The translations under genes were made by a program, and so were the position numbers. Below, piece after piece: positions 9,780-18,943 of a DNA stretch of 64,000 bases (position 1 is the stretch's first letter; each line of letters starts with the position of its first letter). The notes beneath the pieces were generated by a model, which saw only the letters and a list, made by a program, of their open reading frames with translations, searched no databases and was not told where the DNA came from. The stretch comes from an uncultured Bacteroidales bacterium (GTDB lineage Bacteria; Bacteroidota; Bacteroidia; Bacteroidales; VadinHA17): positions 1,183,695 through 1,247,694 of the forward strand of contig OY970346.1 of the NCBI GenBank assembly GCA_963717685.1, in the 5' to 3' direction.

Positions 9780-10934
9780 TTAGTCGATTAAATTAGTATT
9801 AAATTTCTGGCAACCACGCGACTTTAATATCGTTACGGTATCTTCGATTCGGTCTGTAACCGCATTACCGGCAGGGCGCCGGCAGAATGGGCAGGCATGA
9901 ATATCACCTTTCGGGTCAATGTAAAGATAGCGGCTTCCTGCACCGTAACATCCTATTCTTCGTTGAACATATCCGATATATGAGATTATGGGATATTCAG
10001 GAAATACTCCAGGTGAAGCTGCTCCCTGAAAAAACTCCTCAAGAAGTGCAATCTGTTGCTCTGACAGGGAAACTTCTTCGCCTTTAAATACACATGTTTC
10101 GCGGGGCTCAAGAATTCTGATGAAATTTATTCGCCAGCTCTTTGCCAGCTCAGCATATTTCTCCAGATTTTCAACTGTAACGAAACTTCTTGTGGCACAG
10201 AGTGAAAGACTGGTAAGAAGACCTGCCTCAAGACAATTTTTGGCAGCTTCCCTGACCCAGAAAAAAGATTTGCTATTGCCCCGGAACCTGTTGTGCTCAG
10301 CTTCATCCCAATGGTCAAGACTTATCTCTGCACCTGTAAGTCCCGCCTTTTTTAACAGGAGGGCTTTTTCATAAGTGAATCCAAATCCTGATGTATTTAT
10401 CCATAATTCAACATCTTCTGGTGCGTAATTAATCAGAGAAATAAGATCTTCCATTCGTTCAAGAGGCTCTCCGCCTGCCAGCTGAATAAGATTCACTCCA
10501 AGCCCCCTTATTTTTTTTATTATCTCTTTCATTTCTTCAAGAGACAGGTATTCATTTCTGGAAAGGTTTTCCCTCTCATAACAGTGCCTACATCTCATTG
10601 GGCACTTTGATGTAATAGCAAAAAAGACTGTTGAGAGAGGCACTCTGACGCTATCGCGACCTGAGACCCTTATTATTTCACCCATAAAATGTTCGTTAAA
10701 AGCAGCTGACGGCCAGCCTGGAACATCATCCGAGAAGAAATATCTTTCTCCTGATTTTATAAATTTCCTGATCTTCGGGAGACCTTGTACTATTTTTCTT
10801 TTATTGTTGATCTGCGACAGGGCTCTCAGAACATTGATAGGGATTTTTAAGTAAGAAAAGGCAAGTATAGCTATACTGTAGAGAATCCTTATTCTCAATA
10901 ATTCAGCTTTGAAACCAGTAACGATTTTATTCAT
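9780..10934 (-). CDS. Radical SAM enzyme with a C-terminal SPASM/twitch-like Cys cluster
   Basis: CPMRCRHCY (CxxxCxxC), a GGEPL SAM-binding motif, and the C-terminal cluster GCYGAGSRYLYIDPKGDIHACPFC..GC. Confidence 0.85.
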   Translation of the reverse strand: MNKIVTGFKAELLRIRILYSIAILAFSYLKIPINVLRALSQINNKRKIVQGLPKIRKFIKSGERYFFSDDVPGWPSAAFNEHFMGEIIRVSGRDSVRVPLSTVFFAITSKCPMRCRHCYERENLSRNEYLSLEEMKEIIKKIRGLGVNLIQLAGGEPLERMEDLISLINYAPEDVELWINTSGFGFTYEKALLLKKAGLTGAEISLDHWDEAEHNRFRGNSKSFFWVREAAKNCLEAGLLTSLSLCATRSFVTVENLEKYAELAKSWRINFIRILEPRETCVFKGEEVSLSEQQIALLEEFFQGAASPGVFPEYPIISYIGYVQRRIGCYGAGSRYLYIDPKGDIHACPFCRRPAGNAVTDRIEDTVTILKSRGCQKFNTNLID

Positions 10935-10944
10935 CTTATGGTAA

Positions 10945-12564
10945 TCATTTGGTTAATAGTGAGTCAAACATCTCCTTTGAGAATTCAGGGTACCGGTCTG
11001 GCTTACGAAATTTTCTTAATTTCTTTTTATCCGATTTCCCAGTTTGTTCTCTTAGAATTTTATAATGTCCCCTGGTATGCAGAAAAACCGAACGAGCACC
11101 CTCTCCTTGTAAGGGTGCTAAAAAAGTTAGAACTGCCTCATCACCAGGATGATTCTGTATATAGTAATCATTATCTGAATTAAGAAGCAATCCTTTGATG
11201 TCAAAATTATTGTTATCAATTGCAGTTACGATAGGCACTACCACTGGTTTAATTACTTCGTTCTTACTAAAATCCATTGCTACATAATCGATTTCCCAGA
11301 AAAGGAAGCCGGTCACCAGTTTTATTTTTATTGTGTCAGAATTAATTCCAGTCAGATCCATAGGAAGAATATCATCCTTTAAGGCTATCGGCCCTGCGAA
11401 ATTAAAATAATCAACGAATTTCCAGTCATTGTCTCTTTCGATGTAAACCGACAAGGGCATTTTCTGATCGAGAAACCATTTTTGCATCTTTTCTCCAGGT
11501 TCTTTTTCCTGTTTTGACCAGTAAGTATTGTATTTTCCCCCAAAGAGTTGATCTGTTTTGGACATAAGGCCTTCAAGCCAGAAGGAGTTTTTTGCCCTTA
11601 TTATCAGCCTTGATGATTGTGCACCTTTAGGCTTAATAAATTTTAATACGATATTTTCTATTCCGGTCTTGTCTGTTTCTTTTTCATTCCCGATGTAACT
11701 CATTGAATCTTTGCTGGCAATCAAAGGAAGAATATCACAATTGCCTGTACCGCGTGCAACAACTGGAGGAGATGGATTTTTGAAGGAATATGGGATTCCA
11801 TTCTTATCAATTAAAACTGAATTACCAGAGGGATGATCGATTACTAAAAGCTCAACAAGGTTTACCCATTGTATTTCCTTAACTTCATTTGTTATTTTTA
11901 CCTTATAAGTGCCATCAGTCGGCACAATTGATGGAAGTAGCAGATAATCATCGCGTTCAAGCTTAGGTTGCACTGCTCCGCTGAATATCTCCCCGGTGAG
12001 GACGAATTCCTTTCCATTATATGCATAGACAAAGGGACAAGAACTCTTGGTTAAAAGGATGATGACACCAACAATTCCTGCAGTTCCGGCAATCACTCCC
12101 AGACCAGAAAATACCCATGATGCAATTGTTGCTCCGGTATCCTTTTTATAAATCTCGATTTTGGTTATTGCTTTGATTGGAATAGAAACCTTTGATGCAT
12201 CAACAGTAGTGAATTCTGTTGTGTAAATATGAACTTCGTTCAGAATTAACGAATCTTTCATCCTGTAACGGTTTGCCACATCAGGTTTAACCTTTTTGTA
12301 CATTTCATGACCGGGAATATCAGTTATTATCCCATTTATATTTTCCTTTTCAATGGTTATATTTGATAAATGCCAAGCTTTATCATTAAGATGAAGGATA
12401 ATAAATTTTTGCTCTTCCTGCATCTTACTAATAACAGTAGGCGGTGCATTTGATGATCTGATCACCTTGAAGTAATAGCATCCATTAATCATCATCATGA
12501 ATGATAAAAGGATAACCCAGGTCAGTGACTTGGGACGGGTTAGTAAACGCAGAATTTTAAACAT
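10945..12564 (-). CDS. Hypothetical lipoprotein/membrane protein (about 539 aa), co-oriented 10 nt upstream of the radical SAM gene
   Basis: Preferred ATG at 12564 (the track start at 12573 is TTG). Lipobox MMMINGC, and a central TM segment ASWVFSGLGVIAGTAGIVGVIILL. I recognise no family. Confidence 0.65.
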   Translation of the reverse strand: MFKILRLLTRPKSLTWVILLSFMMMINGCYYFKVIRSSNAPPTVISKMQEEQKFIILHLNDKAWHLSNITIEKENINGIITDIPGHEMYKKVKPDVANRYRMKDSLILNEVHIYTTEFTTVDASKVSIPIKAITKIEIYKKDTGATIASWVFSGLGVIAGTAGIVGVIILLTKSSCPFVYAYNGKEFVLTGEIFSGAVQPKLERDDYLLLPSIVPTDGTYKVKITNEVKEIQWVNLVELLVIDHPSGNSVLIDKNGIPYSFKNPSPPVVARGTGNCDILPLIASKDSMSYIGNEKETDKTGIENIVLKFIKPKGAQSSRLIIRAKNSFWLEGLMSKTDQLFGGKYNTYWSKQEKEPGEKMQKWFLDQKMPLSVYIERDNDWKFVDYFNFAGPIALKDDILPMDLTGINSDTIKIKLVTGFLFWEIDYVAMDFSKNEVIKPVVVPIVTAIDNNNFDIKGLLLNSDNDYYIQNHPGDEAVLTFLAPLQGEGARSVFLHTRGHYKILREQTGKSDKKKLRKFRKPDRYPEFSKEMFDSLLTK

Positions 12565-12619
12565 TTTAGTCAATTTTTAATGAATAGTGAAGGAAATATT
12601 TTGTTCTTAAAAGTTTTTT

Positions 12620-13354
12620 TCAGAAACCAATTGAAATCCCAATTTGTGGACAGACAAAAGCTAAAAAAGGGATTATTGACAACTCTACCCCTCCCGAGAC
12701 CTGAAAATGATCACCCAGATATACCTTTTCTTCAATATTCCACAAAAGAGACTTAGCAAAACCCTGTTTTACGATATACGGATAATAGTATATATCTTGA
12801 TATTTATATGAGCTCATTAATATTGACCATCCTGTTAAAAACCTGAAATTGCTATGCTTGACAAGAGAATTGTTGAACGGATACCAGTTAATTTCCACCC
12901 TACCAGAAAAATAAAATGGACTATAAGTCATCCTCTCGAGTGGGTGTAATTTATATGAATTTGTATTAATTAGCAAGCCAGCAACAAAGCCTACTCTACC
13001 CGTTTTAAAAAGCCTTTCATAATTGAGGTTAAGCATACCTGCCAATGTATTAACAATCTCAACATTAAGAGAATTCCGGCTTATCTGTCTTGGCTCCGGT
13101 TCTCTAATACCTGAAGCAAATGTAAAATCGATTGATTTCCATTTAAGGCTGTCAAGAATTGATTTACTCAAATAATAAATTCTATCAGGGGACTCTCCCG
13201 GAATTTTATATGTTATCGATTTCCCATCAAAGTCTATAATATTAACTTTCACAATACTAGAATCTTTCTTAAATAAGATGTCCTGGCTGAATACTTGTAC
13301 TGAAATTAATGCCAGAAAGAAAAACAGAACACTTAATAATTTGAATATTCTCAT
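12620..13354 (-). CDS. Secreted hypothetical protein (possible beta-barrel)
   Basis: Signal peptide MRIFKLLSVLFFFLALISVQVFSQ. The C-terminus ends ..PQIGISIGF. Confidence 0.55.
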   Translation of the reverse strand: MRIFKLLSVLFFFLALISVQVFSQDILFKKDSSIVKVNIIDFDGKSITYKIPGESPDRIYYLSKSILDSLKWKSIDFTFASGIREPEPRQISRNSLNVEIVNTLAGMLNLNYERLFKTGRVGFVAGLLINTNSYKLHPLERMTYSPFYFSGRVEINWYPFNNSLVKHSNFRFLTGWSILMSSYKYQDIYYYPYIVKQGFAKSLLWNIEEKVYLGDHFQVSGGVELSIIPFLAFVCPQIGISIGF

Positions 13355-13419
13355 TATCTACTATAAATTTTACATCCTGGTTAAGCCAAAGTCAATTATA
13401 CTATAACATCAAAGGCAGA

Positions 13420-13567
13420 AGAAGAAATTCAACAATCAGGCCAAACATTATAACTATAAGATAAACAGTTATATATAACAGAAGGTAGAATGAAAATGAA
13501 TCATTATTGTAGCGTTTTGCTACAATAAAGTGATCCAGAATGCTACACTTATTAAAACATATATATA
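13420..13567 (+). repeat. Repeat E, copy E2 (precedes M6)
   Basis: Same blocks as E1. Confidence 0.65.
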
Positions 13568-13701
13568 TGTCAAATATATTTGGCCGGTCTGTTTGCTCTT
13601 AACATTCACAACTAAACAACGAGTACCTGTGACTCCATTATTTGGTGACCAATTTATTGCGGCCAACTATACACGGCCACTTACTTTTTCATTTAGTCAA
13701 T
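13568..13701 (+). mobile_element. Degenerate MITE (M6, inside tandem-duplication unit 1)
   Basis: TTTGGCCGGTC .. TGGTGACCAATTTATTGCGGCCAAC .. CTTACTTTTTCA. Confidence 0.5.
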
Positions 13702-13836
13702 TTTATTTTAGACAGCAAGTTCGGATGCTGATTTACGAGGGATGACAATAAGTTTTTATTACAAATAGTTAATTAATCTTTACGCATCGAAAAGAAAATC
13801 GATCCATTTGAATACCTATTTAATTTGACAGGCACC

Positions 13837-14376
13837 TTATTTAGATGAACATTCCCAGATATAGGTATATTGGCCAACCGTGACAGGAGGGGTGGCCTCG
13901 ATTACAACAAGATCGGCTCCACAGTATTCCGCTGCATCAGACATATTATGATCATACACGCCATTGATATAAACTACCTCTTGGCAACACTTACAATAAT
14001 TTAGAGTTGTGAATGAAAGTGCCATTCCATATCCTGTTCCAGCACTATTTGTGGCATAAGCCCTGACATAATAGGTCGAATCAGAATCCAAGCCTGATAT
14101 ATGACTTATAAAAGTACCAGCACCAGCGCCATCATTAGTTTTACTGTCAGCCAAGGTTGGAGTGGCTTTAAGACTCCAACAAACGCCTCGAGCTATTATA
14201 TTGCCTAAACCTTCATCGATTATGGTCCCTCCACATGTCGCGCTGTTTCCCGTGATATTAGTAATGGCTGCTGTTGTCAAAGTCGGAACATTTTCCTTCT
14301 TACAACTATTTATAAGAAATAAAACAAATCCAATCGCTATTATTGGAGAAAGCCAGATTCCATTTTTAGTTTTCAT
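13837..14376 (-). CDS. Lipoprotein with an Ig/FN3-like domain and a Cys-rich C-terminus (copy 1 of a tandem duplicate)
   Basis: Lipobox LINSCKK. The ITNITGNSATCGGTI..RGVCWS..YYVRAYATNSAGTGYG pattern is common in Bacteroidota surface proteins. The protein is identical to the one at 14812-15351. Confidence 0.7.
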   Translation of the reverse strand: MKTKNGIWLSPIIAIGFVLFLINSCKKENVPTLTTAAITNITGNSATCGGTIIDEGLGNIIARGVCWSLKATPTLADSKTNDGAGAGTFISHISGLDSDSTYYVRAYATNSAGTGYGMALSFTTLNYCKCCQEVVYINGVYDHNMSDAAEYCGADLVVIEATPPVTVGQYTYIWECSSK

Positions 14377-14395
14377 ATCTATATAATTGGCAGGA

Positions 14396-14542
14396 ATAGA
14401 AAATCAATAATCAGGCCAAACATTATAACTATAAGATAAACAGTTATATATAACAGAAGGTAGAATGAAAATGAATCATTATTGTAGCGTTTTGCTACAA
14501 TAAAGTGATCCAGAATGCTACACTTATTAAAACATATATATA
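14396..14542 (+). repeat. Repeat E, copy E3 (precedes M7)
   Basis: Identical to E2 from 13434 onward. Confidence 0.65.
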
Positions 14543-14676
14543 TGTCAAATATATTTGGCCGGTCTGTTTGCTCTTAACATTCACAACTAAACAACGAGTA
14601 CCTGTGACTCCATTATTTGGTGACCAATTTATTGCGGCCAACTATACACGGCCACTTACTTTTTCATTTAGTCAAT
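14543..14676 (+). mobile_element. Degenerate MITE (M7, identical to M6, in unit 2)
   Basis: Offset by 975 nt from M6. Confidence 0.5.
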
Positions 14677-14811
14677 TTTATTTTAGACAGCAAGTTCGGA
14701 TGCTGATTTACGAGGGATGACAATAAGTTTTTATTACAAATAGTTAATTAATCTTTACGCATCGAAAAGAAAATCGATCCATTTGAATACCTATTTAATT
14801 TGACAGGCACC

Positions 14812-15351
14812 TTATTTAGATGAACATTCCCAGATATAGGTATATTGGCCAACCGTGACAGGAGGGGTGGCCTCGATTACAACAAGATCGGCTCCACAGT
14901 ATTCCGCTGCATCAGACATATTATGATCATACACGCCATTGATATAAACTACCTCTTGGCAACACTTACAATAATTTAGAGTTGTGAATGAAAGTGCCAT
15001 TCCATATCCTGTTCCAGCACTATTTGTGGCATAAGCCCTGACATAATAGGTCGAATCAGAATCCAAGCCTGATATATGACTTATAAAAGTACCAGCACCA
15101 GCGCCATCATTAGTTTTACTGTCAGCCAAGGTTGGAGTGGCTTTAAGACTCCAACAAACGCCTCGAGCTATTATATTGCCTAAACCTTCATCGATTATGG
15201 TCCCTCCACATGTCGCGCTGTTTCCCGTGATATTAGTAATGGCTGCTGTTGTCAAAGTCGGAACATTTTCCTTCTTACAACTATTTATAAGAAATAAAAC
15301 AAATCCAATCGCTATTATTGGAGAAAGCCAGATTCCATTTTTAGTTTTCAT
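14812..15351 (-). CDS. Lipoprotein, identical copy 2 of 13837-14376
   Basis: The 179-aa translation is identical, offset by exactly 975 nt. Confidence 0.7.
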   Translation of the reverse strand: MKTKNGIWLSPIIAIGFVLFLINSCKKENVPTLTTAAITNITGNSATCGGTIIDEGLGNIIARGVCWSLKATPTLADSKTNDGAGAGTFISHISGLDSDSTYYVRAYATNSAGTGYGMALSFTTLNYCKCCQEVVYINGVYDHNMSDAAEYCGADLVVIEATPPVTVGQYTYIWECSSK

Positions 15352-15370
15352 ATCTATATAATTGGCAGGA

Positions 15371-15420
15371 ATAGAAAATCAATAATCAGGCCAAACATTA
15401 TAACTATAAGATAAACAGTT
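15371..15420 (+). repeat. Repeat E, 5' fragment E4 (end of the tandem duplication)
   Basis: AATCAGGCCAAACATTATAACTATAAGATAAACAGTT, then divergence. Confidence 0.65.
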
Positions 15421-15458
15421 GTTTATAATATATTATAGAATTATATAGATTAATTATT

Positions 15459-15598
15459 GAGCTAAAGCCGGACACTTTGACCACATTTAGCCGGTCATTT
15501 TGCAATTAGGATACAATTCTATATACCAATTATTTAACTTCGTCTATTAATGGTCAATTTTCTCCGGCGAAAGGTGGTCAGTGACACTGGCTTTTCCA
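15459..15598 (+). mobile_element. IS21-like MITE, subfamily 2 (M8)
   Basis: GCTAAAGCCGGACACTTTGACCACATTTAGCCGGTC .. TGGTCAATTTTCTCCGGCGAAAGGTGGTCAG .. CTGGCTTTTCCA. Confidence 0.75.
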
Positions 15599-15817
15599 CC
15601 TTATTGTTTATGTCTGTAAATTAAGTCAAATAAGACCAGATTTTGAAGCGGTCAAAGGAAAATGATTCAAAATCATAAGGTCGGGGGATCATGGTCCCCT
15701 CTCGCTATAACGAAAATCAGACACTATCACATTTAACCGGATAGGTGTTTTTTGTTTTATGCCAGGTTTTAGTGGATTTTTAAGTCTTTAAGTAACTCTA
15801 AATTATTTGGGGTATTA

Positions 15818-17104
15818 TCAGAAAGTTGAAACTTTTATTTCATCAAATTCAATTTTTTGCTTATTAGAACTATATATCCCCAAGAGCTTACTGCCAGGAT
15901 ATAAAAAATCTACAAATTTTTCAAGTCCGGGAAAGTAGTTATGAGGCGCCCGTGATACAAACATATCATTAACGTAATATGTGATTACCTTATCAATAAC
16001 CTGCACCCGAATGGTGTTTTGACCGCTACCATCAGTTTTAATTGATGGAATATTTTTCCAATTAGCAAGACCAGTTCTTGCCTTCACAATTTTATGTTTT
16101 TCCTTGTTATAATATAAACCTTCATACCAGATACAAGCAAATCCGTTCGAGGATATTCCAAAAATATAACCTCGTGGTTCCACTTCACCTTCAGGGCATT
16201 TTGGGTCAGTAAATTGATGTCCGGGGATAATAAGTCCATATGGAGAATTATTGAGTCCGGCTTTCCAGTTGCAGCGAAGTTCTATTTCAAATGTATTTCC
16301 TAATTTTTCAGGAAGCTCAATAATTTCAACGCCCAGGTTGTAACATGGTTTACCTTCTATGCAGTATTGCCCGTTTTCATAGGAGGCTATATGAAGGCTA
16401 TCGTTTGATTCATTCCATATTCCTTCACTTTTTGCAAAATGGCTCGAAAATATAACTTTTGTTGGCTGCACAGGTGTGGGAAAGGAAAAGGTAGCCGGAA
16501 TAAAATCATCTTTAAAACTGATGAAAGAGTTGGGATACTTTTTTTCAAAATCATGTATAATTTCATCGCTGATTACATTCTGATTAAATACTGAGTATGT
16601 ACATTTACCATTTTCATCAAAATTAATTTTTACTTCGCCCGCATAATAAGCTTTCCCGGCTTTTAGCTCTATGACGGTATTAATGGGGAATGACAAGTCT
16701 GGAGATCTATATACAGATGTAACACCGTTAAAGGAGGTACCTTTGCTTGAAGTACCCGGACTAAAAAAATCTAAAAGATCATATTTACCGGGTTTTGCTG
16801 CAAGATATACTATATCATCAAAATAAGTATAATAATCTTCGCTATAACCATGGAATTTTATCCAAACCTGAGACAATACCGGGCCGTCAAAATAGCGTAA
16901 TAAACGAGAACCTTCAGAATCATGCCGCCCCTTCTGCGTGATTACTTTACTTTTTGAGGTTTGATTCATTCTGAAGCATAAAATAGATGAATATTCACTA
17001 TCCTTAATCTTATTATCTTTTAATGGAATCAGATTAACACCGGCAAACGATAATTCCGGGAAAAAGAGCGACAATACTGAAATTGCAAAAATCATTCTTT
17101 TCAT
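15818..17104 (-). CDS. Secreted hypothetical protein (428 aa)
   Basis: Signal peptide MKRMIFAISVLSLFFPELSFA in a long uninterrupted ORF. No family recognised. Confidence 0.6.
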   Translation of the reverse strand: MKRMIFAISVLSLFFPELSFAGVNLIPLKDNKIKDSEYSSILCFRMNQTSKSKVITQKGRHDSEGSRLLRYFDGPVLSQVWIKFHGYSEDYYTYFDDIVYLAAKPGKYDLLDFFSPGTSSKGTSFNGVTSVYRSPDLSFPINTVIELKAGKAYYAGEVKINFDENGKCTYSVFNQNVISDEIIHDFEKKYPNSFISFKDDFIPATFSFPTPVQPTKVIFSSHFAKSEGIWNESNDSLHIASYENGQYCIEGKPCYNLGVEIIELPEKLGNTFEIELRCNWKAGLNNSPYGLIIPGHQFTDPKCPEGEVEPRGYIFGISSNGFACIWYEGLYYNKEKHKIVKARTGLANWKNIPSIKTDGSGQNTIRVQVIDKVITYYVNDMFVSRAPHNYFPGLEKFVDFLYPGSKLLGIYSSNKQKIEFDEIKVSTF

Positions 17105-17318
17105 ATTTATTTGAATTAATTATTATGTAAAGCTCAGCTCAAAAACGTTGATTGTCGGATATGCACGGGTTCAGACCATCTTTATAATGTGCGCCATTCC
17201 CAGAGCAAAATTTAGTCAAAGTCAAGTCGGGTTTTTATTAATAATGATAATGTGAAAAGGCCAATGCCCTTAACGACCCTTACCCAGAATTGAAAATTTA
17301 TTTTAGTATGATATTTGC

Positions 17319-18323
17319 TTAATTTCCACTATACTTATATAATCCATGATCGGTTCCAAACCACTTTACATTCTGCGAATCGATGACAATTGAAGTGGTC
17401 GTTGTATTCCCTCCGTTAGGATAAACCTCATCATAATCTTTATAGTTTGACCAGGAGGTCCCGTCAAATTTCCTTACACCGTCAGGAGTACCGAACCATT
17501 TATTACCATGTGAATCAATTGCGATTGCCAGAACAGTATTGTTGGCATAGCCTCGTCCATCCGGTATATCACTTATATCGTAGGTCGTCCAGTGGGTTCC
17601 GTCAAATTTCGATACTCCGCCGACAAAAGTGCCAAACCATTCATTCCCGGAAGCGTCTATTGCTACCGTTTCGACTTCATTACCAGCTAATCCATTTGAG
17701 GTCGTATAAGTAGTCCAGTTTGTATCGTCAAATTTTGACACCCCGCCACCATATGTACCAAACCATTTATTATTATTGGCATCTATGGCAATGGAAAAAA
17801 CAGTATTATTTGCTAAACCAGAATTAGCAGTCGAGTATGTAGTCCAGTTAACACCATCGAATTTTGATACTCCGCTGCTCTGATGAGTCACAGCATCAGC
17901 AAAAGTGCCAAACCAGACATTCCCGCTGGCATCTACTGCAATTGAAGCTATATCATTACCAGCCAGGCCATTGGAAGTATTATAATTTGTCCAGGTTGTA
18001 CCGTTAAATTCAGATACACCACCGCCATCAGTTCCAAACCATAAATTGTTTCTGGTATCTACTGCTATTGCCATGACATTATTCCCAGCTAAACCACTGG
18101 TTGTATCATATGTTGTCCAGTTTGTATTATTAAACATTGATACCCCGCCCTGGGTACCGATCCATTTGTTACCACTTTTATCGATAGCAAGGGATAAAAC
18201 TGAACTGCTTTTCAAACCATCAGTGTAAACTGTGAATGTCGGTTCGCTTGATTCTTTTTTACAGGAGTTAACCAGAAAAGACATAATAACAATTAAAACG
18301 ATTGTAAGGGATTGTTTTTTCAT
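17319..18323 (-). CDS. Beta-propeller lipoprotein with two-component-regulator propeller (Reg_prop) repeats
   Basis: Lipobox LVNSCKK and about 7 repeats of SGLAGNxVxAIAVDxxGNxWFGTxGGGVSxFDGTxWTxY. Confidence 0.8.
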   Translation of the reverse strand: MKKQSLTIVLIVIMSFLVNSCKKESSEPTFTVYTDGLKSSSVLSLAIDKSGNKWIGTQGGVSMFNNTNWTTYDTTSGLAGNNVMAIAVDTRNNLWFGTDGGGVSEFNGTTWTNYNTSNGLAGNDIASIAVDASGNVWFGTFADAVTHQSSGVSKFDGVNWTTYSTANSGLANNTVFSIAIDANNNKWFGTYGGGVSKFDDTNWTTYTTSNGLAGNEVETVAIDASGNEWFGTFVGGVSKFDGTHWTTYDISDIPDGRGYANNTVLAIAIDSHGNKWFGTPDGVRKFDGTSWSNYKDYDEVYPNGGNTTTTSIVIDSQNVKWFGTDHGLYKYSGN

Positions 18324-18503
18324 GTTTTATACTTATAATGTAGTAACTTATAAAACGAAGTTAATGCAATTTATTGAACCTGCAATAGTTATCCTGACAT
18401 TCGATTAAGCTAATAGTTGATTTATTAATGTCTTTTTTTTTAATTGATGCCTCCATTGCTGTATCATTGAGACAAAAAATTTCATTTGCAAAGATTTATA
18501 TAG

Positions 18504-18642
18504 TGCAAGAGCCGGACACCTTGACCACATCTGGCCGGTTCAATTACAATTATCATAAATATTTTAACAACAAACACTTAATTCCGGCCAAGAATAGTCA
18601 ATCTACTGCGGCGAAAAGTGGTTAGAGCCACTGGCTTCTCCA
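18504..18642 (+). mobile_element. IS21-like MITE, subfamily 2 (M9)
   Basis: TGCAAGAGCCGGACACCTTGACCACATCTGGCCGG .. GCGGCGAAAAGTGGTTAGAGCCACTGGCTTCTCCA. Confidence 0.75.
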
Positions 18643-18832
18643 CACCGACCTTTTCGTTTAAATTTAAACGAATTTTTAAATAGGTCAATAAAAAAACCGG
18701 CTGAATTGGCCGGTTTGAGGTGTTTGAATAAGGATTTTTAAATCAGTTAATGTCTTTGAATATTATCAAGGAGTATTTTTAATTATGATTAACCCGGGAC
18801 TTTGCTTTTCATAGCATTTGTAGATCGTCAGC
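18643..18832 (+). repeat. Repeat B, copy B2 (abuts M9)
   Basis: Same blocks as B1. Confidence 0.7.
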
Positions 18833-18943
18833 CTAAACTATTTACTGGTGCACTATAGGTTGACGATTTACAGTTTATTGTTATTAAGTTTCTTAAATTA
18901 GAATTTTTATTTTGAATTCACATTAAATTAATAAAGCTTAATC

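Larger units (their letters stand above)
13434..15420. repeat. Perfect tandem duplication, 975-bp unit x2 plus a 37-bp third start
   Basis: 13434-14408 equals 14409-15383 (both ORF pairs give identical translations, and spot checks of the sequence are identical). 15384-15420 repeats the first 37 nt. Confidence 0.85.

Noticed and set aside
13530-13745. Identical 71-aa ORFs at 13530-13745 and 14505-14720
   Set aside because: They lie entirely within repeat E and a degenerate MITE inside the tandem duplication. They are low-complexity, and their identity is a consequence of the duplication.
17254-17285. Possible MITE end fragment (gaaaaggccaatgcccttaacgaccc)
   Set aside because: It matches the MITE terminus at only about 20 of 26 positions and has no adjacent arm or core blocks, so it is too weak to call.
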